A stretch of 64,000 nucleotides of DNA from Nanobdellota archaeon (GTDB lineage Archaea; Aenigmatarchaeota; Aenigmatarchaeia; Aenigmatarchaeales; Aenigmatarchaeaceae), in NCBI GenBank assembly GCA_018901755.1, contig JAHIDZ010000004.1:4265-68264 (forward strand), read 5' to 3'. The notes beneath the pieces are model-generated. The model saw only the letters and a list, made by a program, of their open reading frames with translations. It was not told the DNA's origin and did not search any database. This document shows, piece by piece, positions 37,711 to 47,374 of this stretch (position 1 is its first letter; each line of letters starts with the position of its first letter). The position numbers and the translations under genes are program-made.

Positions 37711-38337
37711 TTATGCAATAATCGGTTCTTTTTTTAAATAATTAGTAATTTCTAGAATTGCACCAAGATTAGATTTAACATCTTCTGCAATTGCTTCATG
37801 GTTTAATTCCATTAAAACATTTGTATCATTAAGTAGATCATCATTACTTACAATTTCTGTTTCTATTCCCAAACTTCTAAAATATGCAGCATATGCCAAA
37901 TTATCTTTATCTGCTAGGTCTAAATAATTATCTTTAAGAGAACGTACATCTATTGTTTCTGAAAGACCTGTTACTATTTCTCTTAAAGAACTAATTGCTG
38001 TTTCTGTCTCTTTATTTAGATTACAAACACGAATACGCGTGCTGTAAAAAGGATCAATTCTTTTTCTATATTTCATTATTTCTGCATTTACACTTGGTGT
38101 TACCCAATATACTGGATCTTTTCCCCTTCTTAGAGAATTTTTTCTTTCATCACCAGTAGGTGTTTTATCAACAAAATAATTTGTATCATAAAGTTTTTCT
38201 GGAGCAGTGCTAAGAAATTGTTCATTGGATTGGCCCATTTGAGGTGGGTTTATTTGTGGAACATTTAGACCACTTTCAGGTTTAACACTAGAAAAATCAG
38301 GTTTTATTTGCAATTCGTTTACAATATAGTTAGACAT
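37711..38337 (-). CDS. hypothetical protein (208 aa)
   Basis: ORF preceded by conserved promoter-like element A. Confidence 0.3.
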   Translation of the reverse strand: MSNYIVNELQIKPDFSSVKPESGLNVPQINPPQMGQSNEQFLSTAPEKLYDTNYFVDKTPTGDERKNSLRRGKDPVYWVTPSVNAEIMKYRKRIDPFYSTRIRVCNLNKETETAISSLREIVTGLSETIDVRSLKDNYLDLADKDNLAYAAYFRSLGIETEIVSNDDLLNDTNVLMELNHEAIAEDVKSNLGAILEITNYLKKEPIIA

Positions 38338-38340
38338 AGT

Positions 38341-38406
38341 ATCACTATATAGTAGTTGTATTTGATAGTATATAAAACTATCTATTAGTTACTACTATAT
38401 AGTGAA
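38341..38406. promoter_or_regulatory. conserved promoter-like element copy A (TATA box TATATAAAA flanked by perfect 13-bp inverted repeat CACTATATAGTAG / CTACTATATAGTG)
   Basis: starts 3 nt upstream of start codon of 37711-38337; TATA ~30 nt from ATG (leaderless geometry); ~85% identical to copy B. Confidence 0.6.
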
Positions 38407-38422
38407 ATAAGAAGATAAAAAT

Positions 38423-38677
38423 CTAAGCCTTTCTATGATTATATGATTCTATCATAGTTTCACCAACTACAGCATCTGCAATATTTTGTGCTCTACATTT
38501 TCCACGTAAACCAATCTTAGATACTGGACCTGTAATAGCATTGAAAATTACAAGTTCTTCTTCGTTAGAGTAATCTCTGAAATCGCTAGGTTTTTTAGTA
38601 ATTTCATATACTTGATCGTGTATTTTACCGTAAAAAGATTTTTCACATCTTATTTCATTATTTATTCCATTGATCAT
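38423..38677 (-). CDS. hypothetical protein (84 aa)
   Basis: third gene of overlapping operon 39332->38423. Confidence 0.3.
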   Translation of the reverse strand: MINGINNEIRCEKSFYGKIHDQVYEITKKPSDFRDYSNEEELVIFNAITGPVSKIGLRGKCRAQNIADAVVGETMIESYNHRKA

Positions 38678-38679
38678 TT

Positions 38680-38955
38680 TTATTCACCCCCCTTATTTTT
38701 TATTAAATATGGCACATTACCCCTCATTGTTTTTCTATATGTTTCTTCAGTTGTTCCCCATTGTAAAACAGGAAAGTTGAGTGTGCCTCCTTTTTTTCCT
38801 ACACGATATATATAATAAGGTTTTGGCGTTTCTGATTTTCCGCCTACATAATTTTCATTTCCTACCATCTGTATAGGTTTTCCAAAATCGACTAGATTCC
38901 ATGGTTTGCATTTAGCTGGTTGTGGTAATTCAGTTGGCGGCAGTAATCTTTTCAT
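38680..38955 (-). CDS. hypothetical protein (91 aa)
   Basis: 4-nt overlap with upstream gene; N-terminus resembles ORF 54372-54554. Confidence 0.3.
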   Translation of the reverse strand: MKRLLPPTELPQPAKCKPWNLVDFGKPIQMVGNENYVGGKSETPKPYYIYRVGKKGGTLNFPVLQWGTTEETYRKTMRGNVPYLIKNKGGE

Positions 38956-39332
38956 TTAAGCACCTCATCACATCTAGCTATATTTTCTAATTCCATCAGA
39001 GCGAAATAAATATCCTGCATATCTTCTTTTCTAAGTTCATCATAATCTATTATTTCATTACCATTTTCTCTTAATTCTTGTAATAGTAGACGTTCACTCA
39101 TCGAATCTTTTTCACATTTTTTAATTGTTTGATTTATAATTTTGTATGCATCAAGCATTATTCCGGCATCTCTAATTTCACGAGTTAGCATCTGATCAAT
39201 ATTACTGTCTGTTATAATATTTTCAGGCAGATTTTGGACACTATTAAAATTATATTTAGTAATACCACCAGCCATTTCTCCTTGGCCATTAATTAAAACT
39301 CCCAAATTTTCATTATCGTACATATATATCAC
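38952..39332 (-). CDS. hypothetical protein (126 aa), paralog of 55061-55318 (+N-term of 54557-55060)
   Basis: 'NLGVLINGQGEMAGG' vs 'EIIIGIGNGPHMQNS'; ATG at 39321-39323 likely true start. Confidence 0.35.
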   Translation of the reverse strand: MIYMYDNENLGVLINGQGEMAGGITKYNFNSVQNLPENIITDSNIDQMLTREIRDAGIMLDAYKIINQTIKKCEKDSMSERLLLQELRENGNEIIDYDELRKEDMQDIYFALMELENIARCDEVLK

Positions 39333-39394
39333 TTAATAGTAGTATATACATCATAGTATATAAAGATATCTATTAGTTACTACTATATGGTGAA
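39328..39394. promoter_or_regulatory. conserved promoter-like element copy B (divergent region between 38952-39332 and 39413-40165)
   Basis: ATCACTTAATAGTAGTATATACATCATAGTATATAAAGATATCTATTAGTTACTACTATATGGTGAA; same architecture as copy A. Confidence 0.6.
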
Positions 39395-39412
39395 TAGATA
39401 CATCCGTGTTTA

Positions 39413-40165
39413 GTGCGCGTTTTAATAGATTTCAAACAATTAAGAAATATGGCAATAAAGATTCTAACTGAAAGAGCTTTACTAATAGACAAAATGCTTA
39501 TAATAGCAGATTTGCACATTGGATTTGAATCAGAGCTTTATCATTCGGGTATATCTATACCATCACAAATATACAAAATTGAAGAAAGCATCAATAAATT
39601 AATTAAACGCACAAAAGTAAAGGAACTAATTATTTTAGGCGATTTAAAACATCAAGTTCCAGGAACATTTTTTCAAGAAATTCAAGAAATACCACTGTTT
39701 TTAGAAAGATTATCTAAAAAAGTAAAAGTAACAATAGTTAAAGGAAACCACGATGCTGACCTCGAAAAAATAACAAATACTGATATCATGTCTTCTAAAG
39801 GTATTCAAGTTGGTAAAAATGGATTTGTACACGGCCATGCGTGGTTTTTTGCAAAATTATTAGATTGTGAATATCTTATCATGGGTCATATACATCCAGC
39901 AATTGAGTTTGCGCATCGAACAAAACAGCCATGCTGGGTTAGATGTAAATTGGGTAAAAAATCTATAGAGAAGAAATTTAAGAAAAAATGTAATATCAAA
40001 GAAATAATTATAATGCCTTCATTTAATCCATTAATTGGCGGATTAGCTTTAAACTCAGATAGAATTTCATATGGAGCAATTTTAGATAATGCTGATATGA
40101 AAAATGCGAAGATCTTTCTTTTAGATGGAACATATATTGGTAAATTAAAGTCTATTAAAAGTTAG
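39413..40165 (+). CDS. metallophosphoesterase (calcineurin-like)
   Basis: 'IIADLHIG', 'ILGDLKH', 'KGNHDAD', 'HGHAW', 'GHIHP' motifs. Confidence 0.65.
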   Translation: MRVLIDFKQLRNMAIKILTERALLIDKMLIIADLHIGFESELYHSGISIPSQIYKIEESINKLIKRTKVKELIILGDLKHQVPGTFFQEIQEIPLFLERLSKKVKVTIVKGNHDADLEKITNTDIMSSKGIQVGKNGFVHGHAWFFAKLLDCEYLIMGHIHPAIEFAHRTKQPCWVRCKLGKKSIEKKFKKKCNIKEIIIMPSFNPLIGGLALNSDRISYGAILDNADMKNAKIFLLDGTYIGKLKSIKS

Positions 40166-40187
40166 ACCCAATAGATTTTAACCAGTT

Positions 40188-40472
40188 TTAAACTTTTTTA
40201 ATAGAACCAGTTTTACCTATGCTAATCTGTTTTTCTCCTCTGAATTCTTTAACAAAGCCGTTTGTTATTTCTAATGTCTGATCATCTTCTATTCCTTCTG
40301 ATTGAGCACCCCATAGGTTTAATTTTACAGTTCCTGTGTCATCTTCTAGAACAGCTACTGTTAATGATGTTTGTGTGCCGAACTTTGTTGTTATTTGTTT
40401 CACGTCTTCTATTTCTTTGACTTTTGCAGTCAGATTAACATTTGTATTTGTTACTAAATCTTTAATTTTCAT
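40188..40472 (-). CDS. OB-fold nucleic-acid-binding (RPA/SSB-like) protein
   Basis: 94 aa; 'VNLTAKVKEIEDVKQITTKFGTQTSLTVAVLEDDTGTVKLNLWG' typical short archaeal RPA-like OB fold. Confidence 0.5.
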   Translation of the reverse strand: MKIKDLVTNTNVNLTAKVKEIEDVKQITTKFGTQTSLTVAVLEDDTGTVKLNLWGAQSEGIEDDQTLEITNGFVKEFRGEKQISIGKTGSIKKV

Positions 40473-40534
40473 ATTCTCTCTATGTAATTGGAAACTTAAA
40501 AAGCTTTTTATTTCTCTAAATCAATAGGTAATTA

Positions 40535-40702
40535 TGGCATTATTTGAAACTTTATCACCAATGTTGAAGCAGATTTTAAGCGTAATTATTATAATAGTTT
40601 TAATTTTCCTTGGTTTGAAGATTGTTAAGAAAGTCATAAGTGTTGCTATTTTGGTAGCAATTGCACTGGTTATTCTTTATTACTTTGGTTGGCTATTTTA
40701 GA
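40535..40702 (+). CDS. possible small membrane protein (55 aa, below ORF-track cutoff)
   Basis: ATG 40535 'MALFETLSPMLKQILSVIIIIVLIFLGLKIVKKVISVAILVAIALVILYYFGWLF*' two hydrophobic helices. Confidence 0.3.
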
Positions 40703-40712
40703 ATCGTTTAAT

Positions 40713-41477
40713 TTACTTTCTTCGTTTAGATTTAGCTTTTCGTTTAGTTCTAGATTTTTTTCTAATTGGTTTAACAACTTCTTTTTTGAAGAAAGTATTT
40801 TTAATTAATATCAATGCTACTATCAAAACTACAATCATGAATAGTAAAGTGAATAGTGATGTTCCACTATTCAATATATAGTTTCCAGTTATTCCATCTT
40901 TAGGAATATATGTAGACATCAAATATGTTCCTATCAAAAGCAAGATTACTGAATATGTCTCCCGCTTTAGATTATCTTTCTTATGCTTTCCAGATTTTAC
41001 TGCTCTTGCTGCTTCTACCCAGTCTTCTATAAGTTTTGCATGTTCTTGGCCATGACCATGTGGTTGCATGATAGATCCTTCATATTTAACATTTTGTCCA
41101 GGTCGTAATATTTGATGTCCGCCAGTAGGCTGTAATTTTTCTTTTGTGTGTTTAGATGGTTCGCCTGGTCCAGTATATTCTTTACCGAATGTTTCTCTAT
41201 AATCTGCTCTAATTTCTGAAATAAGGCTATCAAAGAATTTATGAATATCACTTTCAGTATGTTTTGGATGTGATGTTTTTACAGATGCTTTATATCTAAC
41301 ATTACTGATATTAGATTTATCTGTATAGCTTCCTTTCACAGGAACCCTTATATCGTGGCTATATTTTCCGTGCTTATCAGTATAACCAATATCTTTCATT
41401 TTAAGAATTTCTTCTTCTCCGGTTTGTTCTTTTGAATCTCTTAGTTCTTTTTTCTTTCTTTCTGTATATCCGGCCAT
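40713..41477 (-). CDS. hypothetical membrane protein (charged His/Lys-rich N-domain, 2 TM, basic C-tail)
   Basis: composition and hydrophobic segments only. Confidence 0.3.
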   Translation of the reverse strand: MAGYTERKKKELRDSKEQTGEEEILKMKDIGYTDKHGKYSHDIRVPVKGSYTDKSNISNVRYKASVKTSHPKHTESDIHKFFDSLISEIRADYRETFGKEYTGPGEPSKHTKEKLQPTGGHQILRPGQNVKYEGSIMQPHGHGQEHAKLIEDWVEAARAVKSGKHKKDNLKRETYSVILLLIGTYLMSTYIPKDGITGNYILNSGTSLFTLLFMIVVLIVALILIKNTFFKKEVVKPIRKKSRTKRKAKSKRRK

Positions 41478-41562
41478 AAATAAATTTATTTAATTAGATA
41501 TATAAACACATAATTTTCCGTGCTTGTTCACTTTTTCATACAAGTTATTTAGAAATATTTAT

Positions 41563-41964
41563 CTAAAATCGTTGATATTCTTTGTAAAGTTTATCTACTG
41601 TTTTAGGTGTTATTTTCTTAGAAACATGCCCACCTTTACCATCAAACTGTTTAGTATTATGTGAAACCAGTGCGCCGGAAAACGATTTCGGCACATGCAT
41701 CAATTCGTGTATCAGTGTTTTAATCTGATCTTCTTTGCTTAATTTGTCAAAACGTTCTGAAATAACTTCAACTATATAGTGTGCTTCTACGTTCAGAACT
41801 TTCTGCCAGACATTTGGAAGAGACCATATTCTAGCGACGGCGTTGTTTGAAGTTTTAAATGATCTGATACATTTTATTCGACGCGCATCGATATAATTAA
41901 AATTAAGTTTTTCAACTATATCTGATATCCTATCACTTATATCGTCAGCTTTTTCAAATTTCAT
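41563..41964 (-). CDS. putative zinc metallopeptidase-like protein (HExxH; SprT/DUF45-like)
   Basis: 'LIHELMHV' HExxH motif in 133-aa protein. Confidence 0.45.
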   Translation of the reverse strand: MKFEKADDISDRISDIVEKLNFNYIDARRIKCIRSFKTSNNAVARIWSLPNVWQKVLNVEAHYIVEVISERFDKLSKEDQIKTLIHELMHVPKSFSGALVSHNTKQFDGKGGHVSKKITPKTVDKLYKEYQRF

Positions 41965-42295
41965 ATCAAATCATTTACTCAACAACTTCATTCCATTTTT
42001 TGATTTCATTTATTACAATTGGTATATTGTCTCATGTATCTTATTAGTTTATATAACTTTCTTACCTATTTCGGTAATGAATATTCTCATGAATAAGCTT
42101 GCTTACAAATTCTACTGTATCATGTATGAATGAATCTGGATTTATCATTGTTCTCACTGTCGGTTAGCGCTTACTCACACTGATTAGAAGTGCGACTCGG
42201 TTGCTTAATATAAATTAAAAGCGGCAGTTATTTGCGAGATTTATATGACTTGGTATCAAGCATATCTTAATATTCGATGAAAATAAACAATATTT

Positions 42296-43777
42296 ATGAA
42301 AAGATTGAATGAAAGACTTGAAAAAAGACCATGTCAGATTGGGCTTGAGAGCAGATGCTGCAAAAACTGCCTGATGGGTCCGTGCATATTGATAAATAAA
42401 GATGATGTAGGCGCATGCGGCGCAAATGCAGACGTTGTTTCTGCGAGAAATATAGTCAGATTTACTGCAGCTGGCGCGTCAAATCACACAGGACACGCAG
42501 AGCATATTTTACAGTTTACAAAAAAGAAATTTCCTGAAAAATATATTGATAAAAAAGCTCCAAAATATCTTCTGAAATTATGGAAACAGCTTGGTATATT
42601 GCCTTCTGTAAAACATGAACACTTTAAAGAAATATCTGAAGCTTTTCATGCAACTTCATTTGGTGTCAATGCAGATTATCAGGATCTACTTAAAACCGCA
42701 GTTAAACTTGGCATAATTGATGGTTACCTTGGATTATATTTGGCAACGGAATTAGAAGATAAACTTTATGGAAAACCAAAAGTGAGAGAAGGTGTATTAG
42801 ATCTCGGCGTAATAAGAGATGATAAAATAAATATCGCTGTTCATGGTCATGAACCGATGTTCGCTGAAGAAATTGTAAAAGAAGCTAAGAAACATAAAAA
42901 CATCAACGTGGTTGGTGTTTGTTGCACAGGCGCGAGTCTGCTTGCAAAGCATGGTGTCCCCCTGGCTGCTAATGTAATTTTGCAGGAAAATGTCATTGCA
43001 ACTGGTATGGTAGAGATCATGGCAGTTGACGCGCAATGTGTTATGCCATCGCTTGTAGATATATGTGAATGTTATCATACTCGTTTAATTACAACGAATT
43101 CCATTGCAAAGATTTCTGGAGCAACTCATATGCCAGTAACTGATAGAGAGAGCGCAAATATTGTTGCTAAAAAAATAATAAAATTGGCGATTGAAAACAG
43201 AAAGAAGAGAAAGAGAACTTCGTTTAGCGCAAAAAAAGAGAAAGTTATTGTAGGTTTTGATGAAAGAATTGCTGATTCTCTGCATAAACAATTAAAAGAA
43301 AAGAAAATCAAAGGAATAATCGCTGTGATAGGGTGCAGAAATCCCAGAGTTACTGAAGATTGGATTAGTGTTTATAGAAAATTAAGCAAAGATTATGCGA
43401 TACTTACAACAGGGTGTATGGCGTTTGAATTGGGAAAAGCCGGAATGCTAGATGGCAGAAGAGTTTTTCATGTTGGAAGCTGTATAAATAACGCAAGAAT
43501 TGCAGAAATATTCAAAAGAATCGCTGATAAAGAAAAGAAAGAGATCACGGATCTTCCGTTTATTATATCTGCGCCGGCGCCACTGTCTGAAAAATGCGTT
43601 GCAATAGGTTTCTTTTTTGCCGCTTTAGGAACAGATGTTCATTTTGGATATCCGATGATGATAAAGACAAACAGCAATGTTGAAAACTTCTTGGCAAATG
43701 TTCTGAAAAAACATTTCAAGAGCAGAATATTTTTCGAGAGAGATCCAAAGTTATTTTATAAAAAAATCGTCGAATGA
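42296..43777 (+). CDS. Ni-CO dehydrogenase/hybrid-cluster (prismane) family protein, short form (493 aa)
   Basis: 'CQIGLESRCCKNCLMGPCILINKDDVGACGANADVVSARN' matches CooS/HCP N-terminal Cys cluster motif; 'CCTGAS' central Cys motif. Confidence 0.55.
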   Translation: MKRLNERLEKRPCQIGLESRCCKNCLMGPCILINKDDVGACGANADVVSARNIVRFTAAGASNHTGHAEHILQFTKKKFPEKYIDKKAPKYLLKLWKQLGILPSVKHEHFKEISEAFHATSFGVNADYQDLLKTAVKLGIIDGYLGLYLATELEDKLYGKPKVREGVLDLGVIRDDKINIAVHGHEPMFAEEIVKEAKKHKNINVVGVCCTGASLLAKHGVPLAANVILQENVIATGMVEIMAVDAQCVMPSLVDICECYHTRLITTNSIAKISGATHMPVTDRESANIVAKKIIKLAIENRKKRKRTSFSAKKEKVIVGFDERIADSLHKQLKEKKIKGIIAVIGCRNPRVTEDWISVYRKLSKDYAILTTGCMAFELGKAGMLDGRRVFHVGSCINNARIAEIFKRIADKEKKEITDLPFIISAPAPLSEKCVAIGFFFAALGTDVHFGYPMMIKTNSNVENFLANVLKKHFKSRIFFERDPKLFYKKIVE

Positions 43778-43873
43778 GCACTTATATTACATTTTGTCGT
43801 ATTCTCTCTGCAATCTTAGGAGCGCATTTATAAAAAGCTGGCCTGAAATGAGGTTTCGGTGATATCTTGATAG

Positions 43874-44401
43874 TTAAAATAAATACACTTTCAATATTCC
43901 AGATATGAGCAATACCATGAACAGAATAATTACAAATATTAAATACTCGGATGCTTTTCCTGTTTTTGCGGAACCCCTGATTCTAAATTTTTCAATAGGC
44001 CAAAATGGATAAATTCCTGAGACCGTAAGCCCGTCCAAAACAAGATGGCTGACAAAACCTATGGAAAATACTATAGCGAATATATTATCTATCAAACCTG
44101 TTCTAAACAATACGAACAGAATAATCAATAAAACCCAAACATTATGCAGTAATTTCCGGTGCAACTTGCCAAATTTAAGATCTAAGTCAGGAAACATCGC
44201 TCCTACGAAAGCAAATAGAGCCAGATACAAAGGGAAGTGCAGGATATAGTTTAGAAGTAAGAAGACAAGCAATGCGAATATCAGATGAGTATATTTTTGC
44301 ATGATAGTTCTTATGTTCATCAAATTTATAAATGTGGGACAATAACAGAGATTATGAAAAAGACGTGTGATAATTGCATTAAGAAAAAGGTGTGTAATCA
44401 T
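43874..44401 (-). CDS. polytopic membrane protein, possibly DUF457-type membrane-bound metal-dependent hydrolase
   Basis: 5-6 TM, N-terminal 'MITHLF' His as in DUF457; weak. Confidence 0.3.
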   Translation of the reverse strand: MITHLFLNAIITRLFHNLCYCPTFINLMNIRTIMQKYTHLIFALLVFLLLNYILHFPLYLALFAFVGAMFPDLDLKFGKLHRKLLHNVWVLLIILFVLFRTGLIDNIFAIVFSIGFVSHLVLDGLTVSGIYPFWPIEKFRIRGSAKTGKASEYLIFVIILFMVLLISGILKVYLF

Positions 44402-44679
44402 AAGGGTGTTTTATGCAAAGATTGGTCTCCTTTTGACATTGATAAATATCTTGACGAAGTAGCATGTGATAAATAACTTATATATTTCTGATTTCTATTA
44501 TTAGTAGGTGGTTCAAATCAAATTTTACATTACTGTGATAACAAAGCATGATTTGTGGGCTGTGCGTGTTAATAAAATGGCATCATTACAAAAACTTATT
44601 AAAGAAGTTAAGCCGTATTTAAAGTATTCGAAAAGAGTAAATGATGTGTTATGCGTAGAATACAAATTAAATAAATTAG

Positions 44680-46722
44680 GTGGTTAAAATAAAGAAAATA
44701 TTAGTATGCAGCGCATGGCCATACGCGCACAATATCCCCCATCTTGGGAATTTGATAGGTTGCCTGTTATCTGGAGACGTTTTTGCTAGATATTATCGCA
44801 TTCGCGGATTTGATACTCTTTATGTTTCAGGAACTGATATGCACGGAACAAGTATCGAGGTAGAAGCTATTAAACAAGGAATTTCTCCAAAAGAGCTTGC
44901 TGAAAAAAACCACAAAATAATAAAAAAATTAATTGAAGAATTTGAAATAAAGTTTGATAATTACACTACAACTGAAACTGAAAATCACAAAGAGTTTGTC
45001 AAAGAAATCTATCTTCAAATGGAGAAGAACGGATTTATAACAACTAAAACTGAGAAAAGAGCTTTTTGCAAAAATTGCCAGAAATTCCTTGCAGACGCTT
45101 TCATTGTTGGCAAATGTCCAAAATGTGATTATGGTTATGCGAAGGGAAATCAGTGCGAAAAATGCGGAGCGTTTTTAGAAGCTGAAGAACTGATAGAACC
45201 AATTTGTAAGATATGTGAAAAATCTAAAATAATCTTTAAGAAAACAAAACACTGGTATATTGACTTAAAAAAACTCCAATCAGAAATTGCAAAATATGTT
45301 AAATCTCATCCAGAATGGTCTACGAATGTAAAACACTTTACTGTCAATTGGTTAAAAGAAGGATTAAAACCGCGTGCAGTGACAAGGGATATTGTGTGGG
45401 GGATTGATGCGCCGTTTAAGGGAGCAAGCGGTAAAAAAATTTACGTTTGGGCAGAAGCCGCTTTAGGTTATATAAGTGCCACAAAAGAAATCAACAAAAA
45501 CTGGAAAGATTTTTGGTTTGGAGAAGACGTAAAACAAATATATACGCTCGCTAAAGACAATATTCCATTTCATACCCTTCTTTTTCCCGCGCAACTTCTT
45601 GCTTCTGAACAGGATTATCATCTTCCAGATCAAATTGCCGCCACTGAATATCTTAATTGGGAAGGCGGACAGAAATTCTCTAAAACAAGAAAAGTAGGTA
45701 TTTTTATGGACGATGCTCTTGAGTTGCTTCCAGCGACTTATTGGAGATTCTATCTACTATATAACAGACCAGAAGGCAAAGACATTGAATTTTCTTGGAT
45801 AGAATTTGATAAAGCTGTAAATAAAGTTTTAATAGGCGATTATGTTAATTTTGTAAACAGAGTGACAACCCTCGCTGATAAATATTTTGATGGGAAAATT
45901 GATAATTTAAATTTAAAATTAGACAAAGAAGATAACGAAGTGTTAAATGGCATAAAAAACGCAGAGAAAAAGATATCTGAAACAATAGAAAAAGGATTTT
46001 TGAGCGGTGCGCTTAAAGAAATTATGGCTTTGGCTAAAATAGGAAACATTTACTTGCAAAAAAGAGAACCATGGAAACAGGAAAATAAACGAAAAGAAAC
46101 GCTTTATGTTTGTTCCAATTTAGTAAAAGCAATATCAATATTATCTTATCCTTTTATTCCGAGTGTATCTGAAAAGGTTTGGAATTTATTTGGTATTAAA
46201 AATATGAAATGGAAGGATGCGCTTAAAACTCAGGGTTTCATATGTAAAAAACCTAAGAATATTTTAAGTAAGATAAACGTCGATGAACTGAAGGATAAGA
46301 TTGAAAAAAGAACAAAGGTAACGAAAGGAGAAATATTATTCAAAAAAATAGAAACTGACATTAAGTTGGTTCAACCAAAAGTAGAAAATAAACAGGGAGG
46401 TGATAAAATGATAACTATAGAAGATTTCGGAAAAGTAGAATTGAAAATAGCAACAATACTTGAAGCAGAAGCAATAGAAGGAAGTGATAAACTAGTTAAA
46501 CTGCAGATAGATGTTGGAGAAAAGAAACAGATAGTAGCTGGAATAAGAACAATCTATTCACCAGAGGATCTTGTTGGAAAACAAATAGTAGTTGTCAATA
46601 ATCTCCAACCTACAAAATTAAAAGGTGTAGATAGCAACGGTATGCTTTTAGCTGCTAATGATAATGGACCGGTTCTCCTAACAGTAGATAAACCAGTGAA
46701 GAATGGGTCTAAAGTTTCCTAA
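44680..46722 (+). CDS. metG: methionyl-tRNA synthetase with C-terminal EMAP/Trbp111 tRNA-binding domain
   Basis: 'PYAHNIPHLGN', 'SGTDMHGTSIE', zinc knuckles 'CPKCD...CEKCG', C-terminal 'FGKVELKIATILEAEAIEGSDKLVKLQIDVGE'; GTG start. Confidence 0.85.
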   Translation: MVKIKKILVCSAWPYAHNIPHLGNLIGCLLSGDVFARYYRIRGFDTLYVSGTDMHGTSIEVEAIKQGISPKELAEKNHKIIKKLIEEFEIKFDNYTTTETENHKEFVKEIYLQMEKNGFITTKTEKRAFCKNCQKFLADAFIVGKCPKCDYGYAKGNQCEKCGAFLEAEELIEPICKICEKSKIIFKKTKHWYIDLKKLQSEIAKYVKSHPEWSTNVKHFTVNWLKEGLKPRAVTRDIVWGIDAPFKGASGKKIYVWAEAALGYISATKEINKNWKDFWFGEDVKQIYTLAKDNIPFHTLLFPAQLLASEQDYHLPDQIAATEYLNWEGGQKFSKTRKVGIFMDDALELLPATYWRFYLLYNRPEGKDIEFSWIEFDKAVNKVLIGDYVNFVNRVTTLADKYFDGKIDNLNLKLDKEDNEVLNGIKNAEKKISETIEKGFLSGALKEIMALAKIGNIYLQKREPWKQENKRKETLYVCSNLVKAISILSYPFIPSVSEKVWNLFGIKNMKWKDALKTQGFICKKPKNILSKINVDELKDKIEKRTKVTKGEILFKKIETDIKLVQPKVENKQGGDKMITIEDFGKVELKIATILEAEAIEGSDKLVKLQIDVGEKKQIVAGIRTIYSPEDLVGKQIVVVNNLQPTKLKGVDSNGMLLAANDNGPVLLTVDKPVKNGSKVS

Positions 46723-46737
46723 GAAGAAATGGAAACT

Positions 46738-47073
46738 TTAAGGTCTTACAACATGAGCAAAGTTCGGCGTTATCAAGATGTAGTTTTCGTCGATACCAAC
46801 GATATCTCCATTCATTGCTACTGCAGTTTTTCTCAATTTATCAATTGCTCTTTTTAGTTCTGATAAGTCTTTTTCTTTAAGTTCTTTTATTCTAACTAAA
46901 ACAATTGCTCCGTTTCTTGCCGACTTCTGTATTTTATCTGTATCTATGAAATCTGCCAATTTTTCTATTTTAATTGGAATCTTTCCAGAAGGCGCTTCAA
47001 CACTTGCTGTATCTAATTCTATGAATTCTCCATCACTTATTTTCTTTCCGAATAGTTTTTCTAACATTTTCAA
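46738..47073 (-). CDS. sepF: SepF-like cell-division protein (DUF552)
   Basis: 'AIVLVRIKEL...GDIVGIDENYILITP' SepF core pattern. Confidence 0.6.
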   Translation of the reverse strand: MKMLEKLFGKKISDGEFIELDTASVEAPSGKIPIKIEKLADFIDTDKIQKSARNGAIVLVRIKELKEKDLSELKRAIDKLRKTAVAMNGDIVGIDENYILITPNFAHVVRP

Positions 47074-47131
47074 TACCTCCTCTAAAATTATTACTTTTCT
47101 ATTTATTTATTATTTTTTCATACTTATATAC

Positions 47132-47374
47132 TTATTTTCGTCTGCTTTCCAACAATGATACAATGTTCCATATTTGTGTTCTTGTATACATTGGTATGTT
47201 TGGATCATTAGACACTTCATCTAAGGTACTAATTACTGTATTTATTCTGATATCAACTGGGTCTTTGCCTCCATCTAATGTTTTTATACAATCTGTACAT
47301 TTTTCCCTGATATTCCTAGGAACGCTTCTATCTTCTGAAACCTGCTTAATAAGCTCAATGATATCTTCGAACAT
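47132..47374 (-). CDS. UPF0147 family protein
   Basis: 'EDRSVPRNIREKCTDCIKTL...VISTLDEVSNDPNIPMYTRTQIWNIVSLLE' matches archaeal UPF0147. Confidence 0.6.
   Translation of the reverse strand: MFEDIIELIKQVSEDRSVPRNIREKCTDCIKTLDGGKDPVDIRINTVISTLDEVSNDPNIPMYTRTQIWNIVSLLESRRK

Noticed and set aside
42150-42215. GC-rich island upstream of the CODH-like gene as a possible tRNA
   Set aside because: No acceptor/T-loop (GTTCRANYC) arrangement could be built on either strand. Left as a possible unknown ncRNA or regulatory structure only.
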